From positions 736,001-800,000 of the forward strand of contig JBGARZ010000002.1 in NCBI GenBank assembly GCA_044229975.1: a DNA stretch of 64,000 nt, written 5' to 3'. A program made the translations under genes and the position numbers. The DNA is from Polyangiales bacterium. GTDB lineage: Bacteria; Myxococcota_A; Polyangia; Polyangiales; Ga0077539. The notes under the pieces were generated by a model. The model was not told the DNA's origin. It saw nothing but the letters and a program-made list of their open reading frames with translations, and made no database searches. Shown piece by piece: positions 38,010-47,044 of this stretch; within the stretch, counting starts at the first letter, position 1, and each line of letters opens with the position of its first letter.

Positions 38010-39413
38010 ATGACGGATCGCAGCGCGGTGACGGTCGTCGGCGGCGGCCTCGCCGGGTGCGAGGCAGCCTGGCAGCTCGCTTGTCGTGGCGTCCCCGTCG
38101 CGCTCATCGAGCAGAAGCCGCACAGGCGCACCGCCGCGCAGAACGGCGACGCTCTCGCGGAGCTTGTGTGTTCCAACTCCCTCCGCGGGGCGGCGCTCTC
38201 CAACGCCGTCGGTCTTCTCAAGGAAGAGCTGCGCCGCGCGGGCTCGCTCATCATCACGGCGGCCGACCTCACGGCCGTGCCGGCGGGCGGGGCGCTCGCG
38301 GTCGACCGTGATCGCTTCAGCGCGACCATCACCGCCGCCATCGACGGGCACCCGCTCATCGAGCGCATCGCCGCCGAGGTGACGGAGATTCCGCCGGGGC
38401 GCCCGGTCATCCTCGCGACGGGTCCGCTCACGGGCGACGCCCTCGCGCAGGACCTTGTGCGCGCCCTCGGCGAAGACCAGCTCGCGTACTACGACGCCAT
38501 CGCGCCCATCGTGTCGGCGGAGTCGATCGACGCGGAGAAGACCTTCCGCCAGTCGCGCTACGACAAGGGCGGCGACGACGCGTACATCAACTGCCCGATG
38601 AGCGCCGAGGAGTACTACGCGTTCATCGAGGCGATGATCGCGGCCGAGAAGGTCGCGCCGCGGGCCTTCGAAGAGGCGCGCTACTTCGAAGGATGCCTGC
38701 CCGTCGAGGTCATGGCCTCGCGCGGCAAGGACACCCTCGCCTACGGTCCCATGAAGCCCGTCGGGCTCGTCGACCCGCGCACTGGCAAGTCACCTCACGC
38801 GGTGGTGCAGCTCCGGCAGGAGGACTTCGCCGCGACGGCCTACAACCTCGTCGGGTTCCAGACGCGCATGACCTACGGGTCGCAGGCGCAGGTGTTCAAG
38901 ATGATCCCCGGCCTCGAAGCGGCGGAGTTTCTCCGCTTCGGGTCGGTGCATCGCAACACCTTCGTCAACGCGCCACGCGTGCTCACGCCGACCATGGAGC
39001 TCAAGGCGCTGCCGGGAGTCTTCCTCGCGGGTCAGATCACCGGCGTCGAGGGCTACGTCGAGAGCGCGGGCGGCGGCTTCGTCTGCGCGATCCTCCTGGC
39101 TCAGCAGCTACGCGGCGCGACGGTGACGCCCCCTCCAGTGACCACGGCGCTCGGCGGCCTGCTCACGCACCTTCAGACGCCGCGCGACGACTTCCAGCCG
39201 AGCAATCTCACGTGGGCGCTGCTACCGCCGGTGACCGATCCGAAGGTGAAGAAGCTGCCCAAGCGCGAGCGCCTCGAACGTGGTTCGCAGCGGGCGCTCG
39301 ACGACCTCGCCGGGTGGTTGCCTGCGGTGGCGGAGGGGTTCGTCGCACGCACCATCAGCGCGGTGGAGCCGACGGTCTCGACGCTCCCGTCGGCGCGCTG
39401 CGCGACGGACTGA
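38010..39413 (+). CDS. trmFO: Folate-dependent tRNA m5U54 methyltransferase TrmFO
   Basis: [51 protein letters not shown]. Confidence 0.97.
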   Translation: MTDRSAVTVVGGGLAGCEAAWQLACRGVPVALIEQKPHRRTAAQNGDALAELVCSNSLRGAALSNAVGLLKEELRRAGSLIITAADLTAVPAGGALAVDRDRFSATITAAIDGHPLIERIAAEVTEIPPGRPVILATGPLTGDALAQDLVRALGEDQLAYYDAIAPIVSAESIDAEKTFRQSRYDKGGDDAYINCPMSAEEYYAFIEAMIAAEKVAPRAFEEARYFEGCLPVEVMASRGKDTLAYGPMKPVGLVDPRTGKSPHAVVQLRQEDFAATAYNLVGFQTRMTYGSQAQVFKMIPGLEAAEFLRFGSVHRNTFVNAPRVLTPTMELKALPGVFLAGQITGVEGYVESAGGGFVCAILLAQQLRGATVTPPPVTTALGGLLTHLQTPRDDFQPSNLTWALLPPVTDPKVKKLPKRERLERGSQRALDDLAGWLPAVAEGFVARTISAVEPTVSTLPSARCATD

Positions 39414-39416
39414 TTG

Positions 39417-40754
39417 TCACTCCTGCGGGGGCGCGCCATCGCGCGGACACGTCCAGCGATGGAGCTGATCGTGGCCATCGAGCGCGACGAGCGCGCGTCC
39501 AACCCAGGCCATCGGCGGGTTCCAGCTCGGGTGGTTCTCGCGTCCAGCGAGGCCCGACAGCGAGAGCGGAACCCAGCGCGACAAGTCCATCGAGGTGCCC
39601 GGCGCAGTGGGGTCGAGCTCGATGTTGCCGCCGCGCCACGCGACGCGCAGCACCGGGTGATGTCCGACGCAGCGCCAGGTGCGCTCCGTGACGACCGGCC
39701 AGCGCACGACTTCGGGATCGTCGCCCGGTCGGGGGCGCGTCGGCGATCGACGGTTTGGTGAGGTGACCCGCACGACCACGCGAGGCTGGACGGCTTCGGG
39801 GGAGCGCTCCTCGCCGAGCGCCACGAGCGCGCCGTCGCTCCACGCGAGGGTGCCGGTCGTCCAGTCGGTGAGGGTGTCGAACATCGCCGCCGGGAGCGAC
39901 GCCACGCCAGCGCCCGGCGCCCGCACGAGCGACGTGTGGAGGACGTTGCGAACGGCGTCGGCGCCGTAGAGGTAGACGAGGTCGTCGCCGACGCGCACGA
40001 GCCCTTGGGGTTCGAGCGAGGGCGTCCCGGTCGAGTCGTGGCGCACACGTCGCGAGGTTCCGTCGGAGGCGACGGAGAACACCGACCACGTCGCGCACCG
40101 CATCGTCCCCTGCGGGCATGCCTCTTCGGCGTCGGTCGCGAGAACGAACAGAGTCCCGTCGGGCCCCGCGGCGACCTCGACGTGGGAGCGCACCCATCCC
40201 CGCCCGTTGCCGTTGCTGCGGGGGACGGCCGCACCGCGGTTTACCACCAGCGGTAAACCGACCGGCGCGAGGGAGGCGTCGAGGGAGAGCACCGACAGCT
40301 CGCGGGTGCCACCGCCGCGGTCGGCCGACTCGTCATTGCGCTCGGCGCCTTCGCCGACGTGGGCGATCCACGCGACGCGCACGCCATCCGTCACCGACGT
40401 GGCCGAGAGGGACAGCACGTTGCCCGTGACCCGCCGCAATCGCGCCCGCCGCCCGACGGCCATGCCGTCAGCGTCGAGAGGCTGCACGAGGAGGTCCGTC
40501 GCGTTGACCTGCGGGTCGAAGCACGCGTCGACGACCGCGCCGCCGGTCGCGGTGGCGATCACGGTCGCCGGATGGCAGTAGCCGTCGGGAACGCGCTGTT
40601 CCTCGGTGTCGGCATCGGGACGGGCGGCGCTCGGACCGGCGTCGGCGGCGCGCCGTTGGAGCACAGAGACGGCCCGCGGGACCGCATCGGGCGTGCGGTC
40701 ACACGCAGCGAGGAGCCCGATGACGATCCATGGAGTCGGCGCGGTCAGTCTCAC
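39417..40754 (-). CDS. Hypothetical lipoprotein
   Basis: Lipobox LAAC; beta-rich body with several Cys. Confidence 0.65.
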   Translation of the reverse strand: MRLTAPTPWIVIGLLAACDRTPDAVPRAVSVLQRRAADAGPSAARPDADTEEQRVPDGYCHPATVIATATGGAVVDACFDPQVNATDLLVQPLDADGMAVGRRARLRRVTGNVLSLSATSVTDGVRVAWIAHVGEGAERNDESADRGGGTRELSVLSLDASLAPVGLPLVVNRGAAVPRSNGNGRGWVRSHVEVAAGPDGTLFVLATDAEEACPQGTMRCATWSVFSVASDGTSRRVRHDSTGTPSLEPQGLVRVGDDLVYLYGADAVRNVLHTSLVRAPGAGVASLPAAMFDTLTDWTTGTLAWSDGALVALGEERSPEAVQPRVVVRVTSPNRRSPTRPRPGDDPEVVRWPVVTERTWRCVGHHPVLRVAWRGGNIELDPTAPGTSMDLSRWVPLSLSGLAGRENHPSWNPPMAWVGRALVALDGHDQLHRWTCPRDGAPPQE

Positions 40755-40797
40755 GGCGATGAGGTGAGTACCTCATCCGCCGCGGGTCGTGTGGGTG

Positions 40798-41403
40798 TCA
40801 GGCGAAGGCGGAGGAGAGCGACCAGCGATGACCGAAGGGGTCTTCGACGACGCCGTGGCAGCGCCCCGGCCCGATGTCCTGAAGGGCCTGGAGGATGCGA
40901 GCGCCCGACTGCACGGCGCGGAGGAAGAATGCTTCGACGCCGTCGACCGCGAGGTGGAGCGTGACGGGCGTTCCGCCGAGGTTGGCCGGGGAGGCAGAGC
41001 GGCCGAAGCGGAGCTCGGGGAGGTCGTCGCAGATCACCATGGAGACACCGCCGATGGCGACGGCGACCCAGCCCACGCGTCCATCGATCTGGGCTTCGCG
41101 ATAGGTCTCGGTCGCGCCAAAGGCCCGCTCGTAGAAGGCAAGCGCGGCGTCGGCGTCGTGGACGACGAGGTGGGGCGCGAGGCTGACGACGGTCGGGACG
41201 GGGGTGAGGCGCGGCAAGGCGCTCCAGCGGGAAGGCGTGCTCAGGTCGAACTCCAGAGACTCGGCGGAAGCAGGAGGGAGCGGCGGCGGTCGAGTAGGGG
41301 GCGCTTCGGCAACGAAGGCGGCGACGACGTCGGTCACGTCGGGCACGAACATCTCGGCGAAGAGGTCTTCGAGCAGATCCAGTTCATCACAGAGCAGCGA
41401 CAT
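40798..41403 (-). CDS. VOC/PhnB-like glyoxalase family protein with acidic N-terminal extension
   Basis: PHLVV.DA.AA..FY..AFGA, F.RA...GA, DPFGHRW; AAAGGAG RBS. Confidence 0.85.
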   Translation of the reverse strand: MSLLCDELDLLEDLFAEMFVPDVTDVVAAFVAEAPPTRPPPLPPASAESLEFDLSTPSRWSALPRLTPVPTVVSLAPHLVVHDADAALAFYERAFGATETYREAQIDGRVGWVAVAIGGVSMVICDDLPELRFGRSASPANLGGTPVTLHLAVDGVEAFFLRAVQSGARILQALQDIGPGRCHGVVEDPFGHRWSLSSAFA

Positions 41404-41487
41404 GGCCGTTCTCCTTTCGGGGGATAGGAAGGGCGAGCGGTGGGCTTGTCGGCAGCAGCAGTGACGATGGTTGCGTGAGAGACGATT

Positions 41488-42441
41488 TCAGTCGGACAGG
41501 GCGCGAATGACCGGGGACCAGAGCCAGAGCGCGGGGACGGCGAGGGCGATGGTGCTCATCACGATGGCGGCGGCGAGGCGTTCGTCGCAGCGCTCCTGGG
41601 CGGCGATGGCAGCGGCGATGACGGCCGCGGGCATGGACGACTGGAGCACCGACACCGCGATGGGTGCGCCGTGGAGGTGAAGCGCCCGCGCGAGGAGGAG
41701 CGCGACGACAGGCGAGAGCACGAACTTGATACCGAGGGAGACGAGCAGTGGCGTGCGCTGGCCGCGGAGAACAGACGGGTCGAGGCGCATGCCGAGGGCG
41801 AGGAAGACCAGCACGGAGGTCGAGGCGCCGACCCACTGGAGGAGCGAGAGAAGAGCGGCCGGGGTGTGCACGCCGCCGAGGTTGAGCGCGAGGCCGACGA
41901 TCACCGCGAGGGTCGCCGGGCGCAGGAGCACGTCACGAGCGCGAGGGGAGACGCCAGCCGCGCCACGGCGGTCGCCGAAGGCGTGGGCGATGGCGACGCC
42001 GACGGTCCAGAGGAGCGCGGTGGTGTCGATGGTGTCGATGAGGACGGCCGCCTGCGCGGCGTCGGCGCGCGTCGGGAAGAGCGCGCGCGTCACCGGGACG
42101 CCCAGGAAGCTCGTGTTGCAGAACGACGCGCAGAGCATCACGGCGCCGCGCACCGGGCGGCTCCAGCCCGCGAGGGTGGACAGCGCCCATGCCGCGCCGA
42201 TGCAGACGAAGAGCGCCGCCGTGCTGGGCACGAGCGACCACGCGACGGCGACGGTGAGGCGCTCGCGGAGGAGCACGTCGAGGGTGAGCGCCGGGAGCGT
42301 CACGTCGACGACGAGCGCGGTGAGCGCGGCGGCGGCCCGATCAGCGGGCACCCCGAGGCGACCCGTGCGACCGAGGAGCGCGCCGATGGCGACGAGGGCG
42401 AGCAGGCCGAGGAGCGTGGGGACGAGAGCCGCGACGGACAC
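41488..42441 (-). CDS. AEC (auxin efflux carrier) family transporter
   Basis: About 10 TM; TLPAL, NTSFLGVP, KFVLSP, SMPAA. Confidence 0.88.
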   Translation of the reverse strand: MSVAALVPTLLGLLALVAIGALLGRTGRLGVPADRAAAALTALVVDVTLPALTLDVLLRERLTVAVAWSLVPSTAALFVCIGAAWALSTLAGWSRPVRGAVMLCASFCNTSFLGVPVTRALFPTRADAAQAAVLIDTIDTTALLWTVGVAIAHAFGDRRGAAGVSPRARDVLLRPATLAVIVGLALNLGGVHTPAALLSLLQWVGASTSVLVFLALGMRLDPSVLRGQRTPLLVSLGIKFVLSPVVALLLARALHLHGAPIAVSVLQSSMPAAVIAAAIAAQERCDERLAAAIVMSTIALAVPALWLWSPVIRALSD

Positions 42442-42453
42442 GGGCGCGGGCGC

Positions 42454-42618
42454 TCAGCGCTGGCGACGGTCGACGTAGAACATGTACCCGACGAGGCACG
42501 CGACACAGAAGACGACGATGCCCACGACGATGGCGACGAGCACGAGGGCGATGCGCGCGCCGGAGGGCGCGACGTAGTTCTCGCGGGTGGGCTGGAGGTC
42601 GTCGGAGGGGGCGCTCAC
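42454..42618 (-). CDS. Small single-pass membrane protein (54 aa), not in the ORF track
   Basis: MSAPSDDLQPTRENYVAPSGARIALVLVAIVVGIVVFCVACLVGYMFYVDRRQR; strong GC3 bias; fills the gap between neighbouring genes. Confidence 0.7.
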   Translation of the reverse strand: MSAPSDDLQPTRENYVAPSGARIALVLVAIVVGIVVFCVACLVGYMFYVDRRQR

Positions 42619-42652
42619 GGCGGAAGGTATAGGTCCGCGCGAGGGGCCGCGG

Positions 42653-43288
42653 CTAGCGGCTGCAGCTCCAACCGCGACGCGGCGGCTGAAACGCGGGTGG
42701 GCGGACGACCGGGTGCGGCTGCGGGGGCGGGTCGAAACAACGGATGCGGCGGAACACCGTGGGTTCGTCGATCTGGAGGCCGCCGTCGTTGTTGACCGAC
42801 TGGAACTCCTGAAGCGCCGTGTCGATGACGCCGCTGAAGTTGTCGAGGTTGTAGCCCTCGGGCCGCTCGCCGCACATCACCTGGCGTACCGCCCAACGCG
42901 TGCCGTGGAAGTTGAGGCGCAGGCCATCGGCGGTGCCATCGGCCGTCTGCGTGATGACCCAGTGCCGGAGCCCAGGCATGCACGGTCCCGGCTCGCTGAC
43001 GTTGGGCGGGGTGTCCCAGGAGTACGCGTCGATCTGGCCGGTGAGGTGGTTGCCGTTGACGTGGATCTCCAGCACGAACGAGTACCAGGCCTCGTTGCCG
43101 GGATACCAACGGAGCGACTTCCAGACGCCCTCGATGGGGTTGGCGCAGCGGCTCGGGTCGGCGGGTGGAGGAAGGCGGGCGCGCTGCTCTTCGACCGTCG
43201 CGGGCGCGAGCGAGGGCAGGAGCACCAGCGCGGCGAGCAACGAGACGCTGCCGACGAGGGTGTAGCGACGACGCTGACGGGCGTTCAT
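42653..43288 (-). CDS. Secreted hypothetical protein (tandem paralog B, 211 aa)
   Basis: Arg-rich signal peptide; ATGA coupling; shares long identical blocks with 43285-43950. Confidence 0.85.
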   Translation of the reverse strand: MNARQRRRYTLVGSVSLLAALVLLPSLAPATVEEQRARLPPPADPSRCANPIEGVWKSLRWYPGNEAWYSFVLEIHVNGNHLTGQIDAYSWDTPPNVSEPGPCMPGLRHWVITQTADGTADGLRLNFHGTRWAVRQVMCGERPEGYNLDNFSGVIDTALQEFQSVNNDGGLQIDEPTVFRRIRCFDPPPQPHPVVRPPAFQPPRRGWSCSR

Positions 43289-43950
43289 CGCGAGCACCCG
43301 GAGCGACGGGGGGGATGAAAGGCGGGAGGTGCCACGACGGGGTGCGGGACGGCCGTGGGCTCGTAGCAGCGCACGCGGCGAAACACCGTGGGGTCGTTGA
43401 TGGCGCGGCCGCCGTCGTTGTTCACCGACTGGAACTCCTGGATCGCCGGGTCGATCACGCCCGTGAAGTGGTCGAGGTTGTAGCCAAACTCCCGAGAGCC
43501 GCACCACACGGTCTCCACCGCCCAACGAGTCCCCCAGAACTCGATGCGGCCGCCGTCGGAGTAGCCCTCGCCGGACATTCCAACCTGCCAGTGATGGATC
43601 CCGATCGTACACGCGGGCGCCGCCGAACCCTGTGGCCCCGCACCAAACCATGCGTGCGCCGTGATGCGCCCCACCAACGGAATACGGCCGGGCACGCCGC
43701 GCATGTTGGGCGAGGCAGCGCCGCGAGGGTCGCGCCGGAGGTCGACGGTGAAGATCATCCACTCGTCGTACGGGGCCTCGTACTTGTGCGAGACCCAGAC
43801 GCCCTCCAGCGGGTCGGCGCACACCGCGGGAGGCGGCAGGCGGGCGCGCTGCTCCTCCACGGTCGCGGGCGCGAGGGAGGGCAGGAGCACCAGCGCAGCG
43901 CCGAGGCCAACGAGGGCGCTCAAGACGCCGCGCCGACGCGAGCGAGTCAT
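43285..43950 (-). CDS. Secreted hypothetical protein (tandem paralog A, 221 aa)
   Basis: SRRRGVL signal peptide; ATGA coupling at both ends. Confidence 0.85.
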   Translation of the reverse strand: MTRSRRRGVLSALVGLGAALVLLPSLAPATVEEQRARLPPPAVCADPLEGVWVSHKYEAPYDEWMIFTVDLRRDPRGAASPNMRGVPGRIPLVGRITAHAWFGAGPQGSAAPACTIGIHHWQVGMSGEGYSDGGRIEFWGTRWAVETVWCGSREFGYNLDHFTGVIDPAIQEFQSVNNDGGRAINDPTVFRRVRCYEPTAVPHPVVAPPAFHPPRRSGCSR

Positions 43951-45983
43951 GGGGTGACTCCGGGGCCGGCGATGTCGCGGAGCACGCCGTTCATCTGCTC
44001 GCGGGCCGCGGCGTCGTCGGTGGTGGTCGAGCCGTCGAGCGAGCGGACGTCCGTGGTCGACAGGCCCACCCGCGTCGCGAAGGCCTGCGAGTGAAACGCC
44101 AGCACCGCGCGCGACGCGAAGGTGTCGGACGACTCGTTGCGCTGGCGCGGCACCTCCGCGCACGAGAGCTGCGCTCCGAGAGGCGAGCGCAAGCAGAGCC
44201 GCAGCGCCTGGTCGGTTCCACTGACCAGCACCTCGAAGCCGCGATCGTCGGAGCGCAGCCGCGGCGAGCGTCCGAGCAGCGTGCTCACCCGCGACACCAC
44301 TTCACCCGAACCCGCGGCACGGACGTGAGCCGGCAGCGCGAGACCCAGTCGTCGGAGCGTGCCTGCGTCGCGCTGCAACGAGCGCTCGTAGTAGCCGTAC
44401 GCCGCCGAGTCGCGACCCAGCGCCCGCGCGGCTTCGGCCGCCACCGCCGCCACCCTCGCTTGGAGCAAGACCTCGGCGGACGGGAGCGCTCGCAGCGACT
44501 GCTCGGCCAGCGTGAGGGCGCGGGACTCGTCGCCCTGTGCGAGCCGCACCTCAGCCTCCAGCGCGTCGTGCAGCGGGCGGATGGCCGGGAAGGTGCGCTC
44601 TTCACGTCGCGCGTCGCGCAGCGCCACCGAGACCACGCCCGCGCCCAGCACCCGAACCAGATCGCCTACCAGCCACGACGGCACCGGCTCGATGCCACGC
44701 CGCACGTACAGCTGGAGCGTCGCTTCGAGGCGCAGTTCGTCCGTGAGCGTGTTGGTCACGCGCTCGTCATCGGGCCATGCGCCCGCCCGGGACGCGAGGC
44801 TCTGCGTGGCGCCGCTCACACGTTGCGTGAAGCCCGAGGCGCTCGCCCGCTCGGCCTCTAGTTCCGCCTGGAGTGCGCGCAGCGAGCGACGGAGGAGAGC
44901 GTGCGCGCCGAGGGCCTGCTCCTGGTCGCTCGCGACGAGGCCGCGGCGATCGGGGCGCTCGATGGCGCGGTCGATGAAGCGAAGACCCATGGCCCCTTCG
45001 CCCGCGACGAGCAGCACCGTGGCGACGGCGACGTCGGTCTCCGCGTGGTCCTGATCGCGCAGGTTGGCGGGCTGCCGAACGCGCCAGCGCTGCATCTCCC
45101 GCAGCGCGTCGACGGCCTGCACCGTGCGACCCGTGTCGAGGTAGAGCCGCGACAGCAATCGCCACGGGTTGGCGGTGGTGAACTCCAGGCGGTGCGATCC
45201 GTCGAGGAGCATCCGCTCGGCCTCGTCGTAACGGAGCACCGCGAGCGCACCGAGGGCCGCGTTGTAGGCGTGCACCGTGACGTGCGGCGCCGTGGCGGGG
45301 TTGGTGTCGGTGGCCCCCTGCGCGCGACGCTGCGCGAACTGATACGCGTCGAGGCAAGCCTGGTACTGCGGCTGGCGCGAGCGGGCGGCGCCCTCGACGG
45401 CGCACAGGGCGTTGCGACCGAGGGACTGCTGCCACGGGTCGTTCATGCGAATGGCCCGCTGAGCGAAGTCCCGCGCTTCGCGCAATCGGTCGAGGTGCAC
45501 CAGCGGCCACGCGTGCTCGGCGAGGAGATCCGGGTCGTAGAGGTAGTCGTGAAACTCCTGCACCTGGATCTGGAACTCGTACTCCTCCATCTCGCCCGCG
45601 AGCGCCTGCGTCGCGAAGAGGATGTCGCGGTGGATCTGCCACGGCGCCCCGGCGATGCGCGTGGTGCCGTAGCGGACCTCGTACACCTCGCGCGCGTGAC
45701 CGAGGTGGTACATGGCGCGCGGGAGCGACCCCTCGGCCTCGCGCAACGCGCAGCCGAGCACATAGTTGCCGACGATGGAGTCGGGGTTGTCGCGGAGGAT
45801 GGCCTCGGCCTTGGCGCGCGCGGTGACGAGGCGGTTTTCGTTGTAGAGCCGCAGCGCCTCGGCTTCGAGGGCGGCCGTCGTCGGCGGAACCTGCTGGGCC
45901 ACGCCCGCGCGCCCGCCGGACAACGCCAGCGCGCCCGCGAGCACCCACCACAGTCCCCGTCGTCGGCCGCCGGCGTGGGTCAT
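43947..45983 (-). CDS. Secreted TPR-like helical repeat protein
   Basis: Signal peptide, Ala/Leu-rich TPR-like helices; ATGA overlap with MoxR. Confidence 0.75.
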   Translation of the reverse strand: MTHAGGRRRGLWWVLAGALALSGGRAGVAQQVPPTTAALEAEALRLYNENRLVTARAKAEAILRDNPDSIVGNYVLGCALREAEGSLPRAMYHLGHAREVYEVRYGTTRIAGAPWQIHRDILFATQALAGEMEEYEFQIQVQEFHDYLYDPDLLAEHAWPLVHLDRLREARDFAQRAIRMNDPWQQSLGRNALCAVEGAARSRQPQYQACLDAYQFAQRRAQGATDTNPATAPHVTVHAYNAALGALAVLRYDEAERMLLDGSHRLEFTTANPWRLLSRLYLDTGRTVQAVDALREMQRWRVRQPANLRDQDHAETDVAVATVLLVAGEGAMGLRFIDRAIERPDRRGLVASDQEQALGAHALLRRSLRALQAELEAERASASGFTQRVSGATQSLASRAGAWPDDERVTNTLTDELRLEATLQLYVRRGIEPVPSWLVGDLVRVLGAGVVSVALRDARREERTFPAIRPLHDALEAEVRLAQGDESRALTLAEQSLRALPSAEVLLQARVAAVAAEAARALGRDSAAYGYYERSLQRDAGTLRRLGLALPAHVRAAGSGEVVSRVSTLLGRSPRLRSDDRGFEVLVSGTDQALRLCLRSPLGAQLSCAEVPRQRNESSDTFASRAVLAFHSQAFATRVGLSTTDVRSLDGSTTTDDAAAREQMNGVLRDIAGPGVTP

Positions 45984-47017
45984 CGCTTCATCGTGCTCCG
46001 GGCGAGGCGCTCCAGCGGATCGGTGAGGCACTCGCGCAACACCGCGTCGACGTTGTCGGTGCCGGGCGCGAGCTCAAGGCGGTGGCCGAAGATGAAGGTC
46101 GACAGCGCCTCGACGTCCTCGGCGTTGACGTAGTCGCGCACCCGGGTGAGCGCGCGCGCCTGTAGCGCCGGGATCATCAGCACCAGCGATCGCGTCGAGG
46201 CCCCCTGGAGAATGCGCGGGTCGGAGCGGGTGCGGCCGGCGATGTCGACGAGGCACTCGCGCACCTCGGGGGCGACGTGGATCTGCCCCTCGACGACGTT
46301 GCGCGCGTCGACGATCTCGGTGCGCGTGACGCGGGCGAGGTCGCTCCCGGCGCCGGCGCGGCGAGCCTTGAAGCTCGCGAGCACCTCAAGCTCCGCCTCG
46401 CGATGGATGTGGTGCATCTTCACCTTGAAGAGGAAACGATCGAGCTGCGCCGAGGGGAGCGGGAACGTGCCCGCGAGGTCGAGCGGGTTCTGCGTCGCGA
46501 TGACGAAGAAGAGCTCGTCGAGCTTGCGGGTGCGGTTGTCGACGGTGGTCTGCTTCTCGGCCATCGCTTCGAGCATGGCGGACTGCACCTTCGGCGAGGT
46601 GCGGTTGATCTCGTCGGCCAGCACCACGTGCGCGAAGATGGGCCCCGCGCGGAAGAAGAACTTGTTGGTGTTGGGGTCGAAGATGGTTGTCCCGGTGACG
46701 TCGCTCGGCAGCAGGTCGGGCGTGAACTGGATGCGCCGGAAGGTCGAGATGTCGTCGTCGGGTTTGTCGTCGATGATGCAGTCGCCGAGGGCCTTGGCGA
46801 GCGTCGTCTTGCCCGACCCGGGGTAGTCCTCCAGCAGCATGTGGCCGTCGGCGAGGAGGGCGATCACCAGCAGGTCGATGACCTCGTCGCGGCCGCGCAC
46901 CGCCGTCTGAAGACGAGTGCGCAGGCGCTGCACGACGCTGTACGCACCGTTGAGGTCGGTGATGGGCGGCGCCAGCGTGTGGGTGACGTGTTCGCTCTGG
47001 ATGAAGTCGCTGTCCAT
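45980..47017 (-). CDS. MoxR family AAA+ ATPase
   Basis: EDYPGSGKT, RIQFTPDLLPSDVTG, LADEINR, IATQNP, AQLDRF. Confidence 0.95.
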   Translation of the reverse strand: MDSDFIQSEHVTHTLAPPITDLNGAYSVVQRLRTRLQTAVRGRDEVIDLLVIALLADGHMLLEDYPGSGKTTLAKALGDCIIDDKPDDDISTFRRIQFTPDLLPSDVTGTTIFDPNTNKFFFRAGPIFAHVVLADEINRTSPKVQSAMLEAMAEKQTTVDNRTRKLDELFFVIATQNPLDLAGTFPLPSAQLDRFLFKVKMHHIHREAELEVLASFKARRAGAGSDLARVTRTEIVDARNVVEGQIHVAPEVRECLVDIAGRTRSDPRILQGASTRSLVLMIPALQARALTRVRDYVNAEDVEALSTFIFGHRLELAPGTDNVDAVLRECLTDPLERLARSTMKR

Positions 47018-47044
47018 GGTGTTTCGCTCTCGTCTCCTCTGCGA

